From an uncultured Bdellovibrionales bacterium (lineage in GTDB: Bacteria; Myxococcota; XYA12-FULL-58-9; CAYHNK01), in the NCBI GenBank assembly GCA_964357695.1, contig CAYHNK010000005.1, forward strand, positions 1 through 44,398: a stretch of DNA of 44,398 nt, in the 5' to 3' direction. A model generated the notes under the pieces. It searched no databases and was not told the DNA's origin. It saw nothing but the letters and a program-made list of their open reading frames with translations. A program made the translations under genes and the position numbers. Shown in pieces: positions 9,259 through 20,745 of this stretch; the first letter of the stretch is position 1, and each line of letters opens with the position of its first letter.

Positions 9259-10839
9259 ATGCCAGCCAAAAGACTCAATATCACGTTCTGGAAAGTTGCC
9301 CTCGTGGCCATCGTCCTTGTGGGCGCCTACGCGCTCTACCAGCGGCTCTTTTTCGGCCTCGGCGCGGCCACCCATCTCTCGGATGCCTTTCCATGGGGCA
9401 TGTGGATCGGCTTTGACGTCCTCGTCGGCGTCGCGCTCGCCGGTGGCGGCTTCACGATCGCGGCCACGGTGCATCTGTTCCACATCGAGAAGTACGAGTC
9501 GGTCGCACGACCTGCCGTACTCACAGCGTTTCTCGGCTACGCGCTCGTCGGCGTCGCCATCACGCTCGACATCGGTCTACCGTGGAGGATCTGGCACCCG
9601 ATTGTCATGTGGAATCCGCACTCGGTGATGTTCGAGGTCGCCTGGTGTGTCATGCTCTACACCTCGGTGTTGGCCCTCGAGTTCAGCCCGGTGGTCTTCG
9701 AGCGCTTTGGCCTGAAGATCCCGCTGCGCCTCGTGCGCGCCATCTACATGCCGCTCGTCATCGCTGGCGTGCTCTTGTCGATGATGCACCAGTCATCCTT
9801 GGGCTCGGTCTACCTCATCGTGCCCGACAAGCTCTACGGCCTGTGGTACACGCCGTGGTTGCCGGTGTTCTTTTTCGTCACCGCGGTGGCCGGTGGGCTC
9901 GCGATGACCATCGTCGAGTCGTACCTGTCTCATCGTGCCTTCGGCAAAAAGCTCGAAGATGAGCTGCTCGAAGGCATGGCGCGGGTGATGGTCGTCGTGT
10001 TGTCGGTCTACGCGCTCTGGAAGCTCCAAGACCTGCGCCTCAACCACCATCTGGGCTTGGCATTTCAATTGACGCCCGAGGCGGTGATGTTCTGGGGCGA
10101 GCTCGGCGTCGGCACGCTGTTGCCGGCGGGCATGCTCGCTGTCACGCGTGTACGCCGCGATCAGCACCTGCGCTTTTTCGCCGCGGTGCTGGCCGTGCTC
10201 GGCCTCATCATGGGTCGGCTGAACGTGGCGGTCACCGGCATGATGCGCTCGAGCGGCGTCGACTACTTTCCGGCGTGGCAGGAGTTCGCCGTCACGTTGA
10301 TGCTCGTCGCCGCCGGGTTCGCGGCCTTCGCCTTTGCCGTCAAGTACCTGGACCTCTTCCCGAAGCACGAGATGGTCGGCGCCCGACCACCCGCGCTCAC
10401 GCCCGCGTTTGGGCTACGCGGCATGCCCACCGCCAACACGCTGGTCGTCGGTACTCTGTGGGTGCTCGTGGCCATCGGCGCGGGACTCCTCGTCTTGGCC
10501 GACAGCCGCGAAGCGCGCTCGCGCGGCAGCGAGCCCACACAAGAGGTCGTGCTCGCACGGCCGGTGGCAACGACGATGAAGGTATCGCCACCGTACGCCT
10601 TTGCACTCGGCCAGGGGAGTCCCGGCGTCGTCACCTTCACGCACGAGAGTCATCTGGACTACGCCGACGACGGCTGCAAGACCTGCCATCGGCGCGACTT
10701 CTCGCTGCGCAGGGCCGGGCAGGCGCACAGTGGCGCGGTGACGATGGCGCGGATGGAGAAAGGTGAGCTCTGTGGCCGCTGTCACAATGACAGCATGGCT
10801 TTCGGCGTCACCGACCATTGCGACCGCTGCCACAAGTAG
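9259..10839 (+). CDS. NrfD/PsrC (HybB-like) integral membrane subunit fused to a C-terminal trihaem cytochrome c (c7-like)
   Basis: PWGMWIGFDVLVGVALAGGGF, SVMFEVAWCVMLY, MHQSSLGS HybB-type motifs, many TM helices; tail has FTHESH, CKTCH, CGRCH, CDRCH. Confidence 0.93.
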   Translation: MPAKRLNITFWKVALVAIVLVGAYALYQRLFFGLGAATHLSDAFPWGMWIGFDVLVGVALAGGGFTIAATVHLFHIEKYESVARPAVLTAFLGYALVGVAITLDIGLPWRIWHPIVMWNPHSVMFEVAWCVMLYTSVLALEFSPVVFERFGLKIPLRLVRAIYMPLVIAGVLLSMMHQSSLGSVYLIVPDKLYGLWYTPWLPVFFFVTAVAGGLAMTIVESYLSHRAFGKKLEDELLEGMARVMVVVLSVYALWKLQDLRLNHHLGLAFQLTPEAVMFWGELGVGTLLPAGMLAVTRVRRDQHLRFFAAVLAVLGLIMGRLNVAVTGMMRSSGVDYFPAWQEFAVTLMLVAAGFAAFAFAVKYLDLFPKHEMVGARPPALTPAFGLRGMPTANTLVVGTLWVLVAIGAGLLVLADSREARSRGSEPTQEVVLARPVATTMKVSPPYAFALGQGSPGVVTFTHESHLDYADDGCKTCHRRDFSLRRAGQAHSGAVTMARMEKGELCGRCHNDSMAFGVTDHCDRCHK

Positions 10840-10872
10840 CGTCGCGTGTGACGCGCCACACAAGGGGACGTC

Positions 10873-11616
10873 ATGACGTCAGCGAGCAACAAGACAGGAC
10901 GAGCGACACTGGTGCCGAACGCGGCGCCGTGCGTGTGGATGAGCGCCGGCCTCGTCGCCTACAAGCTCTGCGATCGGCAGCTCGATTGCGAGCACTGCGC
11001 CTTCGACGCCGCCCTGCGCGGCACGGCACTACACGAGAGCGTCGAGGGCGCGCCGACGCCGCGAGGCGACTGGAGCTTCCCTGACGATCGGCACTACAGC
11101 CTGCACCACCTGTGGATCCAACGCGTCGACGCGTCGCACGTACGCCTCGGCCTCGATGCCTTGGCGAGCAACCTCATCGGTGCGTCTGAGGTCGTCGAGC
11201 TGCCGGCGGTGGGTACGTGGCTGCGGGCCGACGCGCATGCCGCGACGTTCCAGAACCACGGCGCCCGAACCTCGGTTCGCACGCCGCTCGGCGGACACGT
11301 TGCGGCCATCAATGAATCGGTGCGCGCCAGCCCCGATCTGACGGCACGCGCGCCCTACGATGCTGGCTGGTTGGTCGAGCTGACACTGGCAGACTCTGGC
11401 CACCCCACGGCAGAACCCCTCATGTCGGCCCAGGAGATTGAGAAGCGCACGCGGCTCGATGTGCAACACTTTCGGCGACAGGTGGCGATGCAGCTACTGA
11501 CCGCGAGCGCCGGCGTGGGGGCGACGCTTCCCGATGGGGGCGAGCTCGTGACCGATGTGCGACAAATGCTCGGTGCCGAGCGCTACGCCACGCTCGTGCA
11601 GGAGCTCTTGGGGTAA
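10873..11616 (+). CDS. Soluble glycine-cleavage-H-like protein with N-terminal Cys4 motif, lacking the lipoyl Lys
   Basis: CVWMSAGLVAYKLCDRQLDCEHCAFD, then YSLHHLW, LGLD, TPLGGHVAAIN, PYDAGWL. Confidence 0.88.
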   Translation: MTSASNKTGRATLVPNAAPCVWMSAGLVAYKLCDRQLDCEHCAFDAALRGTALHESVEGAPTPRGDWSFPDDRHYSLHHLWIQRVDASHVRLGLDALASNLIGASEVVELPAVGTWLRADAHAATFQNHGARTSVRTPLGGHVAAINESVRASPDLTARAPYDAGWLVELTLADSGHPTAEPLMSAQEIEKRTRLDVQHFRRQVAMQLLTASAGVGATLPDGGELVTDVRQMLGAERYATLVQELLG

Positions 11617-11641
11617 GGCACGAATGGCAGGCAGCGGCAGG

Positions 11642-12049
11642 CTACCAGCCTTCGATGCGTCGCTTGTCGCCCAACGTGACTTCTCGCAGGACGTTGCCGC
11701 CCGCGTCGACGAGTCGGATCTCCCAGGGCGTCGGGCCGTTCTTGAACGCAATGCTGTACAAGTCGACGCGACGATTGAACGTGCCAGCCGCCTCACCCGG
11801 TCGCCACGCGTTGGGCGCGACGCAGGAGAGCTCGATCGTGACTTTGCGGTTGGCAAAATCGACTCGCGGCGCACCAATGGCAATCGTCTTGCTCGCATCC
11901 GCGAGCTCACCACGGATATCGAGGTAGGCCGTGCTCGCTCCCATCGTGGCATGCACGTCAACCTCGGCGATGCGGATGGGACCAGCTTTCGCCGACTCCT
12001 TGGCTGCCAAAACCTGCTGCCCCTTTTCGACTCCCGACATGGTCACCAT
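11642..12049 (-). CDS. Hypothetical protein (beta-rich), antisense to the flanking operon
   Basis: GGAGG RBS before ATG 12049; globular-looking sequence filling the gap between two plus-strand genes. Confidence 0.65.
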   Translation of the reverse strand: MVTMSGVEKGQQVLAAKESAKAGPIRIAEVDVHATMGASTAYLDIRGELADASKTIAIGAPRVDFANRKVTIELSCVAPNAWRPGEAAGTFNRRVDLYSIAFKNGPTPWEIRLVDAGGNVLREVTLGDKRRIEGW

Positions 12050-12282
12050 CGTCACAACCTCCGTGCGGCCGCGCGGCCGTGTCCGCAGTATCTTACTCGC
12101 TCCTGTGCGCCAATCAATATCGACAGGCACCGCCCAAGGGTGCGCCCAATGACAGGACGCACACGACGGGTCCTGGCCCCGACGGGCGGCGATGGTATAG
12201 TCGCCCTCGCTGCTGCGGCGCGCGCCGCCTCGAGGGTGTCGGGCTGTGACGGCGGGGGTCTCGTCACAGCGGGAAGGTAGCC

Positions 12283-13914
12283 ATGCGCGTCTCCATGAAC
12301 CGTCTTCGGCACTCGTTGAGTGTCCGTTTGCTCGTGCGTCTGATGGGCCTCATCGCCGTCGTGCTCGCCGTGCACGCGTACTTCAATGCCCGGGCCATTG
12401 GCGAGCAGTGGACCAGCATGATCCAGGCCTGTGCCAATCGCACGAGCGACCTCATCAAAGATGCGACCCACTACGGCATGCTACTCAATCGCAAAGAAGA
12501 GCTGCACCACACCATCCGCCAGATCGCCCACAGCCCGGGCGTGCGCGCCATCCGCGTCTACGACAAGCAGGGCAAGATCATGTTCTCCTCGGACGAAGAG
12601 GAGATCGGCACCCAGGTGGATACGCAGGCCGAAGCCTGCGTCATCTGCCACCAGGAAGGCCAGCTCCTGCGCGCGGTCGAGCGCTCCAAACGCCTGCGGA
12701 TCTTTCGCGCCCCCGATGGCGAGTCACTCGTCGGTCTTATCAATCCCATCGAGAACGAGGCCGCATGCGCCGCGACCGGCTGCCACGCCCCCCCGAGCGA
12801 GCAGAGCGTACTGGGCGTGCTTGATGTCATGATGTCGACACAAGCGCTCACTGAAGCGCAGCGCACGACCCAACAGAACATCGTTTGGACGACCGTCTTG
12901 CTCATTGTCTTGAGCGTGGTCGTCACGACGCTGTTCGTCGAACGCGTCGTCATGCGGCCGTTGCGTCGCCTGCGCAAAGGAACCCAGCGCGTCGCCCAAG
13001 GAGACCTGTCAACCCGCATCCGGGTCACCTCCGAGGACGAGCTCGGGCGTCTGGCGGTCGACTTCAACGCCATGGCCGAAGATCTCCAGCGTGCCCACCG
13101 CGAAGTCACCGAGTGGTCGCAAACCCTCGAACAGAAGGTCATCGCCAAAACCAACGAGCTCGGTCACATGCAGCGCCAGGTCGTGCACATGGAGAAGATG
13201 GCGTCGCTCGGCAAGCTCTCGGCCACCGTCGCCCACGAGCTCAACAACCCGCTCGCCGGCATCCTCACCTATGCCAAGCTCGTCGAGCGCGACATCGACA
13301 CGCCCCTCGACGAGAGCGCACGCGCCGAGCTCCATCGCTTTCTCAAGCTCATTCAAAAAGAGTCCAGCCGCTGCGGCGACATCGTGCGCAACCTCTTGCT
13401 CTTTGCCCGCCAGTCGGGGGTCGAGCTCGCACCGACGCCGCTCAACACGGTGATCGAGCGCGCTCTTTTGCTCGTGCGACACCACGTGGAGATGGCCAAC
13501 GTGCAGCTCACGCACCGCACGCTCGACGGCAACGACGAGGTCATCTGCGACGGCAACCAGATCCAGCAGGCGCTCGTCGCGCTACTCGTCAATGCCATCG
13601 AAGCGATGCAGGGCGGCGACGGCGGAACTCTCGAAGTGACGGTATCGGGCACCGAGGGTGAGGTGCAGATCGACGTGCGCGACAGCGGCTCGGGCATTGC
13701 GTCTGATGTGCTGCCGCACATCTTTGAGCCCTTCTTCTCGACGAAGGACAAAGAGAGCGGCGTCGGCTTGGGCCTGGCCGTCGTCTACGGCATCATTCAA
13801 CGCCACCACGGCAAGATCGACGTCACCTCCGAGCCAGGACGCGGGGCGCTCTTTAGCGTGACCCTGCCGCGCAAGCCCCCGACCGCCACCGCCGAAAACC
13901 AGGAAGCGAGGTGA
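12283..13914 (+). CDS. Sensor histidine kinase with periplasmic haem-c motifs and HAMP domain
   Basis: Two TMs flank a sensor domain with CVICH and CAATGCH; HAMP (DELGRLAVDFNAM); H-box AHELNNPL; N, G1, F, G2 boxes (NAIEAM, DSGSG, IFEPFFSTK, GLGLA). Confidence 0.96.
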   Translation: MRVSMNRLRHSLSVRLLVRLMGLIAVVLAVHAYFNARAIGEQWTSMIQACANRTSDLIKDATHYGMLLNRKEELHHTIRQIAHSPGVRAIRVYDKQGKIMFSSDEEEIGTQVDTQAEACVICHQEGQLLRAVERSKRLRIFRAPDGESLVGLINPIENEAACAATGCHAPPSEQSVLGVLDVMMSTQALTEAQRTTQQNIVWTTVLLIVLSVVVTTLFVERVVMRPLRRLRKGTQRVAQGDLSTRIRVTSEDELGRLAVDFNAMAEDLQRAHREVTEWSQTLEQKVIAKTNELGHMQRQVVHMEKMASLGKLSATVAHELNNPLAGILTYAKLVERDIDTPLDESARAELHRFLKLIQKESSRCGDIVRNLLLFARQSGVELAPTPLNTVIERALLLVRHHVEMANVQLTHRTLDGNDEVICDGNQIQQALVALLVNAIEAMQGGDGGTLEVTVSGTEGEVQIDVRDSGSGIASDVLPHIFEPFFSTKDKESGVGLGLAVVYGIIQRHHGKIDVTSEPGRGALFSVTLPRKPPTATAENQEAR

Positions 13915-13916
13915 TC

Positions 13917-15275
<1,359 letters not shown>

Positions 15276-15286
15276 GCCTGCGCACC

Positions 15287-15832
15287 ATGGCCGGCCTGCG
15301 CATCGTTCCACTCTACTTTGCCGCGCAGCTCGACTTGCTCGAACACCTGCGCGCGCGCCTCGCGCGCATCTTTGGCCTGCCGACGGCGCTGCACGCAGCC
15401 ACGTTTGATCCCGAGACGACGTTTGATGCGTCGCGGGGCCAGTACAACTCCACGGCGTTGCTCGCGGCACTGCTGGCCGAGCCGGTGCCGACCGATGAGC
15501 GCCTCCTCGCCGTCGCGAGCGTCGACCTCTTTATTCCCGTGCTCACGTACGTCTTTGGCGAAGCGCAGCTCGATGGGCGCGCAGCGGTCATCTCCACGTA
15601 TCGTCTGCGTAACGAAATCTATGGCCTGCCGGCCGACGAAGGCCTGCTCTTTGGGCGTTGTGAAAAGGAGGCCGTCCACGAGCTCGGCCACACCTATGGC
15701 CTGTTGCACTGCTCGGAGGCAAGCTGCGTCATGCTGAGCTCGACCTACGTCGGCGATATCGATCTGAAGTCCGCGCAGTTCTGCGAACGGTGCGCCGCGA
15801 CGCTTCGGCGCGCCTTGCGGGCTCGGACGTGA
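15287..15832 (+). CDS. Archaemetzincin-family Zn metalloprotease (M54)
   Basis: HELGHTYGLLHC-x4-C-x-M...FCERC zinc and Cys motif; RGQYNS and YVFGEA family motifs. Confidence 0.93.
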   Translation: MAGLRIVPLYFAAQLDLLEHLRARLARIFGLPTALHAATFDPETTFDASRGQYNSTALLAALLAEPVPTDERLLAVASVDLFIPVLTYVFGEAQLDGRAAVISTYRLRNEIYGLPADEGLLFGRCEKEAVHELGHTYGLLHCSEASCVMLSSTYVGDIDLKSAQFCERCAATLRRALRART

Positions 15833-15878
15833 CGACGTATGCACAACGACACGTGCGCCCGCGCGAAGGGGTTACCCA

Positions 15879-16847
15879 ATGCAGCTGCGACAGCTGGGAG
15901 CGACGAATCTGTGGATCACGCCCATTGGCTTGGGCTGCTGGCAGTTCTCGCAGGCGCGGGGTCTGATCGGCTCATTCTGGGGACACCTGACGCAAGAGGT
16001 GATTGACGCCATCGTCACGGCCGCGCTCCAAGGTGGCATCAATTGGTTCGACACAGCAGAGGCCTACGGCCGTGGTCGCTCGGAAACAGCGCTCGCGACC
16101 GCGCTGACACACGCAGGGCGGGTCAATGGCGACGTGCTCATCGCCACCAAGTGGTGGCCGTGGCTACGGGGCGCGTCATCCATGGCGACGAGCGCCGAGC
16201 AACGCCTCGCGCATCTCGGCGGTTTTGGCATTGATCTCTTTCAAGTGCACACCGCGAGAGGGAGCCTGTCGAGCCACCGCGCGCAGATGGAAGGCATGGC
16301 GAAGCTGCTCGAGGCAGGACGCATCAAGTCGATTGGCGTGAGCAACTTCTCGGCCACCCAGATGCGTCTGTGTCATGCGGTCTTGCGAGAGCGCAACATG
16401 GCGCTCGCCACAAACCAGGTGGCCTACAGCCTGCTCGATAGACGCATTGAATCAAACGGCGTGCTCGATGTCGCCGAGGAGCTGGGTATCACCATCATCG
16501 CCTATTCGCCGCTTGCGCAGGGCCTGCTCGCGGGCGCGTTTCACGAGGACCCCGACGCGATCAAAAAGCGGCCGGGCCCACGCCGCTACTTGCGACGCTT
16601 TCGACCGCGTGGCCTCGAGCAGAGTGCGCCCATTGTCACCGAGCTCCAGCGTCTGGCACAGAAGTACAGCGCGACGCCCAGCCAGGTGGCACTCAACTGG
16701 CTCGTGAGCTTTCACGGCGAGACCGTGGTTGCCATACCCGGCGCCACGAAGGTGCGGCATGCCATCGAGAATGCGACGGCTCTGACGTTTGAGCTTGCCG
16801 CCGCCGACATCAAAAAGCTCGACGAGCTGTCGCGGCCGTTTTTGTAG
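15879..16847 (+). CDS. Aldo/keto reductase
   Basis: IGLGCW, INWFDTAEAYG, ATK, IGVSNF, AYSPLAQGLL, IPGA motifs. Confidence 0.95.
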   Translation: MQLRQLGATNLWITPIGLGCWQFSQARGLIGSFWGHLTQEVIDAIVTAALQGGINWFDTAEAYGRGRSETALATALTHAGRVNGDVLIATKWWPWLRGASSMATSAEQRLAHLGGFGIDLFQVHTARGSLSSHRAQMEGMAKLLEAGRIKSIGVSNFSATQMRLCHAVLRERNMALATNQVAYSLLDRRIESNGVLDVAEELGITIIAYSPLAQGLLAGAFHEDPDAIKKRPGPRRYLRRFRPRGLEQSAPIVTELQRLAQKYSATPSQVALNWLVSFHGETVVAIPGATKVRHAIENATALTFELAAADIKKLDELSRPFL

Positions 16848-16854
16848 CAGCGCG

Positions 16855-18366
16855 CTATCGCCGAATCGCCGCGGCAGCAGGCTCAGGGACGAAGGTGTCC
16901 GCCGCCTCACCATCACGCGTGCGCTGATAGTCGACAAAGCGCCAGTTGTCGCGGCCGCGCGCGAGCACGTAGGGCTGACGCTCACGCGCCGGCTCGACCG
17001 CCAAGCGCAAGACGGCTGCGTCGAGCATCTCGCGGTCGGTTGCATCGACCGAGTCGCCCATCGCCACCGCGGGCCGGCCGCCCGTGAGCTGTCGCACGGC
17101 CTCGACCTTGCCGGCTCCGTAGGTGACCGGACCTTCGATCTGCGTCGTGACGATGCCGTCTTCGACACGCGTGCGAATGCCTGCGACACGCCAGGGCGGG
17201 ATACCGAGATACTCCGCGCCCACTTCCACAATCCATTGGTTGGAGGCCGACACCGCATACGGAATGAGCCCCTGCTGCCGCGCGGTCTCGAGCACATCGA
17301 GCACACCGTCAAAGACCTTCCCGTGAAAGCCGCCGTCGCCCTCGAACAGCTCGCGCGCCCACTTCTTCATCTGCGACACGGTATGACCCGCAAAGCACCA
17401 AACATTCGCCTCGTAGTAGGCACGGGTGACCTCGGCAGCGCTCATGCCACGCTCGCTGCCTCGACGCATCAGCTCGCCGCTCTCCCAGGCACGCCATAGC
17501 ACGGCGCCGTTGTCGTTGACGTCACCGGTTGCGGCAATCCCAAACGACTCGAGAAACCCGAGCAGCTTCTCGTGGGCCGCCCAGCGCAGGCGGTGCTCTT
17601 GCACGCCGCGGGCGAAGAACGCCTCGCCGATGTCGTGCTTCCAGGTGGTGCCATCGCAGTCGGTGGCGACGACCGGGGCGATCCCCGCCGCGATGAGGCG
17701 TTCGCGCGCCTTCTGTGGCTCGAGCGCCGCAAGCTCGCGCCGCAATTCATCGGCCGACAGTGTCAACTGCGCAACGTCACCCACGCCATCACCGAGCTCC
17801 GGATGCAGCGGCAATTGCATGAGTCCCGCCACATCGTGCGGTCCCTTTTCGGTTCGCCGCAACGCCTCGTACGCACCGCGCTCGCGCGCCATTTCGTCGG
17901 CCCGCGTCACCGCGAGACTTCGGGCCTGGGGGGTACCGTCACCCTCGGAGGCATACCGTTGCAGCGCTGCTTCTGCCTCTGGACCGCCCAGCCTAAAGAG
18001 CCCCTCGACCCAGGCACCCGCGAGCGCGGGATCGCGCCGAGCACGCAGCTGCAGTACATCGCTCAACAGCGCGCGCTGCTCGACCGGACGCAAGTGGGGA
18101 TACTCTTGGGCGAGATCGAGAATGTAGCGCTCAAACATCTTGCCATCACGATTGGAAAGGCGGCGTTGCCAGCGCAACATGTTCACCACGTCCACAGCCG
18201 TCAAGCTCGGCTCGGACGGCGTCGCTACGGCAGATAGATCCTGTCTCGGGAGCGATGGCGCGACGAGCTTGGCGGCTGACTTCGACCCCTGCTGCTCGCG
18301 AACGAGCTGGCCGGCCGAGGAGGTGGCGCTCGAGTGCAGCAGGCCCGCGGCGATCTGTCGCCCCAT
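16855..18366 (-). CDS. HAD-superfamily hydrolase (SerB-like subfamily IB) with long helical N-terminal extension
   Basis: Motif I DCDGT, motif II VSAS, motif III GKV, motif IV GDS...D..ML. Start uncertain (18366/18381/18399/18501). Confidence 0.85.
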   Translation of the reverse strand: MGRQIAAGLLHSSATSSAGQLVREQQGSKSAAKLVAPSLPRQDLSAVATPSEPSLTAVDVVNMLRWQRRLSNRDGKMFERYILDLAQEYPHLRPVEQRALLSDVLQLRARRDPALAGAWVEGLFRLGGPEAEAALQRYASEGDGTPQARSLAVTRADEMARERGAYEALRRTEKGPHDVAGLMQLPLHPELGDGVGDVAQLTLSADELRRELAALEPQKARERLIAAGIAPVVATDCDGTTWKHDIGEAFFARGVQEHRLRWAAHEKLLGFLESFGIAATGDVNDNGAVLWRAWESGELMRRGSERGMSAAEVTRAYYEANVWCFAGHTVSQMKKWARELFEGDGGFHGKVFDGVLDVLETARQQGLIPYAVSASNQWIVEVGAEYLGIPPWRVAGIRTRVEDGIVTTQIEGPVTYGAGKVEAVRQLTGGRPAVAMGDSVDATDREMLDAAVLRLAVEPARERQPYVLARGRDNWRFVDYQRTRDGEAADTFVPEPAAAAIRR

Positions 18367-18628
18367 GCTGGCGTTGCGCATGCGTGCCGCTCTCCCCATG
18401 GTTGGCGTCGCGACACCCCGTGCGTATCGCTTGACGCGGTCGATCGAGGTTATCGACCTGCGACCGCGGAAGTTGCCCAACGCGCAGACGTCGCCTATCA
18501 CCGCGTGGTCACAGCAACTCCGCGATCGTGCTTGAGTGCGCGCTGGAAACCTGGCACGAATTTGGAAAGAAACCGCCCTTCCATGCTCTCGCGCTCACCG
18601 GGGCCCGAGACCTACGAGGAGAGACTGC

Positions 18629-19630
18629 ATGCTTCGTCACGCTTCCTTCATGGTCGCCACACTCCTGCTCGCGACGACGGCTTGTTCCACCGTGCACGTG
18701 CGCGTTCCCATCATGCGCCCGGCCGAGATCAACCTGCGCGGCAAGAGCGAGCTCGTCATCGGCGCCATCGACGGGCCGGCCTCTTCCGAAATCAACAGCA
18801 TGCTCAAGGATTCCATCGTCAGCTCGGGCCGGTTCAAGCTCGTTGACCGTCAGCACCTCGACAAGGTGATGCAAGAGCTGTCGCTGAGCCAATCCGATCT
18901 CGCAAGCACCGACTCGCGCCGCAAGCTCGGCAAGCTCATGACCGGCTCCATCATGCTGGTCGGCCGCGTCGAGCGTGACGACTACGACGAGCAGACGTCC
19001 GTGAACAAAGAGACCTGTAGCAAGCAGGTCAACAAGAAGTCCGTGCAGTACCCGTGTACGCGCCGCACCCGCGCGGGCAACGCCAATTTCGCCGTCGGCT
19101 TTGACGTCATCGACATCGAGACCGGCGAGAATCTCAAGCCCAAGCGCTTGAGCTGCAAGCGCAGCGACAGCAAGAGCGCCGTCGACGGCACGCCGGCGGC
19201 CATCGATGGGCGCAGCCTGCTCGATAGCTGCCATCGTGAGGCGGTGACGAGCTTTATGAAGGCCATCGCGCCGTGGCAGGACTTCGTCAACGCGCCCTTC
19301 CTCAAGGACGGTGACGTGCCACCGCTCGAGCAGGGCATCAACTACGCACAGCGCGGCGAGTGGACGGACGCGATCGAGAAGTTCCGCTCGGCCGTGGAAT
19401 TTGTCGGCTCCAAGCCTGGGCTCGAAGCGGACATCATCGCCAAGGCGCACTGGGACCTCGGTCTCGCGTACGAGTACACGTTCCGTTTTCCGGAGGCGAT
19501 CGAGGAGATCAAGAAGGCCTATGACATGACCTCGAACACGCAGTTCCTCGCTGAGATCGACAACGTCAAGCGTCTGCAGCAAGAGCAAGAGAAGCTCAAA
19601 GAGCAGACCGGCGAAGGTGGAGAGAGCTGA
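18629..19630 (+). CDS. Lipoprotein, CsgG/TolB-N-like domain plus TPR
   Basis: GAGGAG RBS; lipobox-like ATTAC; SGRFKLVDRQHLDKVMQEL CsgG-like motif; C-terminal TPR-like helices (AHWDLGLAYEY...EAIEEIKKA). Confidence 0.85.
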   Translation: MLRHASFMVATLLLATTACSTVHVRVPIMRPAEINLRGKSELVIGAIDGPASSEINSMLKDSIVSSGRFKLVDRQHLDKVMQELSLSQSDLASTDSRRKLGKLMTGSIMLVGRVERDDYDEQTSVNKETCSKQVNKKSVQYPCTRRTRAGNANFAVGFDVIDIETGENLKPKRLSCKRSDSKSAVDGTPAAIDGRSLLDSCHREAVTSFMKAIAPWQDFVNAPFLKDGDVPPLEQGINYAQRGEWTDAIEKFRSAVEFVGSKPGLEADIIAKAHWDLGLAYEYTFRFPEAIEEIKKAYDMTSNTQFLAEIDNVKRLQQEQEKLKEQTGEGGES

Positions 19631-20712
19631 TGCGCCGCGCGCTCCGAAGTTCTTTGCTCTTGGCGCTCGCCGCGTGCGGCGGGGCGCAGCAGCAAATCAA
19701 GATCGAGCCCTCGTCACCCACGCGCCCCGCGTGGATCTCAAAGCTGCCAGACAAGGCTGGCTTCGCCTTCGTCGTCGGTGCCGCCACACGCACCAAGACG
19801 CTCGAAGACGGCAAGGCACGCGCCAATCAAAGCGCCACGGTGCAGATCTCCAACATCGTGGGCACCCAGATCCGCTCGGAGGCTGAGTCACGCAGCTCGA
19901 CGGACGCGCCCGAGTACGCCAAAGAGCAGGTCGAGGCGCAGACCGCGGCCTTCGTCAAGAGCCTCCAGCTCGTCGACGAATACTCGGAGAAGACCACCAA
20001 GATGGTGGGCTCCTATTACGAGGAGTCGTACGACACCTGGGTGCTCGGTCGCTTTCCCTTGAATGCCGCCGACGAAGAGCGCAAGCGCCAGGCCGCCGAG
20101 CAGGCGGAGATGACACGCGACGCCCTCAAACGCTTTGAGGACGCGAGCGGTGAGAACAACAGCGGTCATCGGCGCGAGGCGTGGATCCTCTTGGCGCAGG
20201 CGAAAAAGACGCTTGCCAAGGTGCCACCGCTCACCGAAGTGCACAGCGGCGGCTTTGACACCGCGGCCGATCTCGTGCGGGCCATCGACAAGGTCAACCG
20301 CGGCCTCGACGAGCTCGCGCGCAGCCTGCGCCTCGACACGCAAGGTGGCGATGAGGGCGGTAAGAGCGCCGCGTCGGGTCTGAAGGCGTCGTTGGCCAAA
20401 GGTTTCGGCAAGCGCGGCCTCAACCTACGCACGAGCGGTGATGCCCGTTTTGTCATCACCGTGGAGCTCACGAGTGAGTTTCCCGCGCAGATGGTGATGG
20501 GCCAGAAGGTGGCCCACCTCACCTACACGGCCAACGTGCGCGACAGCTGGAGTGGCGCCGATCTCGCCGGGTCCAATGGCGACGCGAAGGGCTTTGGCAA
20601 GGGTCGCGACGCCGCCATCGCCGAGGCGGTCGGCGAGGTCGCGAAAAAGGTCGCCGACGAGGTTGCGAAGTCGCTGCTCGCGACCCTCGCGCGGGAGCTC
20701 GAGAGCACCTAG
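19630..20712 (+). CDS. Lipoprotein with LPP20-like N-terminal domain
   Basis: Lipobox LAAC; RPAWI...FVVG......A...A...I pattern; start overlaps the upstream stop (TGATG). Confidence 0.82.
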   Translation: MRRALRSSLLLALAACGGAQQQIKIEPSSPTRPAWISKLPDKAGFAFVVGAATRTKTLEDGKARANQSATVQISNIVGTQIRSEAESRSSTDAPEYAKEQVEAQTAAFVKSLQLVDEYSEKTTKMVGSYYEESYDTWVLGRFPLNAADEERKRQAAEQAEMTRDALKRFEDASGENNSGHRREAWILLAQAKKTLAKVPPLTEVHSGGFDTAADLVRAIDKVNRGLDELARSLRLDTQGGDEGGKSAASGLKASLAKGFGKRGLNLRTSGDARFVITVELTSEFPAQMVMGQKVAHLTYTANVRDSWSGADLAGSNGDAKGFGKGRDAAIAEAVGEVAKKVADEVAKSLLATLARELEST

Positions 20713-20745
20713 CGCCTGCGGCACACGACGCGACGAACGAGAGCC

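Noticed and set aside
8493-10839. Calling the locus hydrogenase-2 (hybAB) or a glycine cleavage system
   Set aside because: No hydrogenase subunits or maturases, no gcvP/T/L, and the H-like proteins lack the lipoyl Lys.
18551-18567. Sigma-54 promoter CTGGCACGAATTTGGA before the lipoprotein pair
   Set aside because: The -24 element is good but the -12 GC is absent (GA); not supportable without data.
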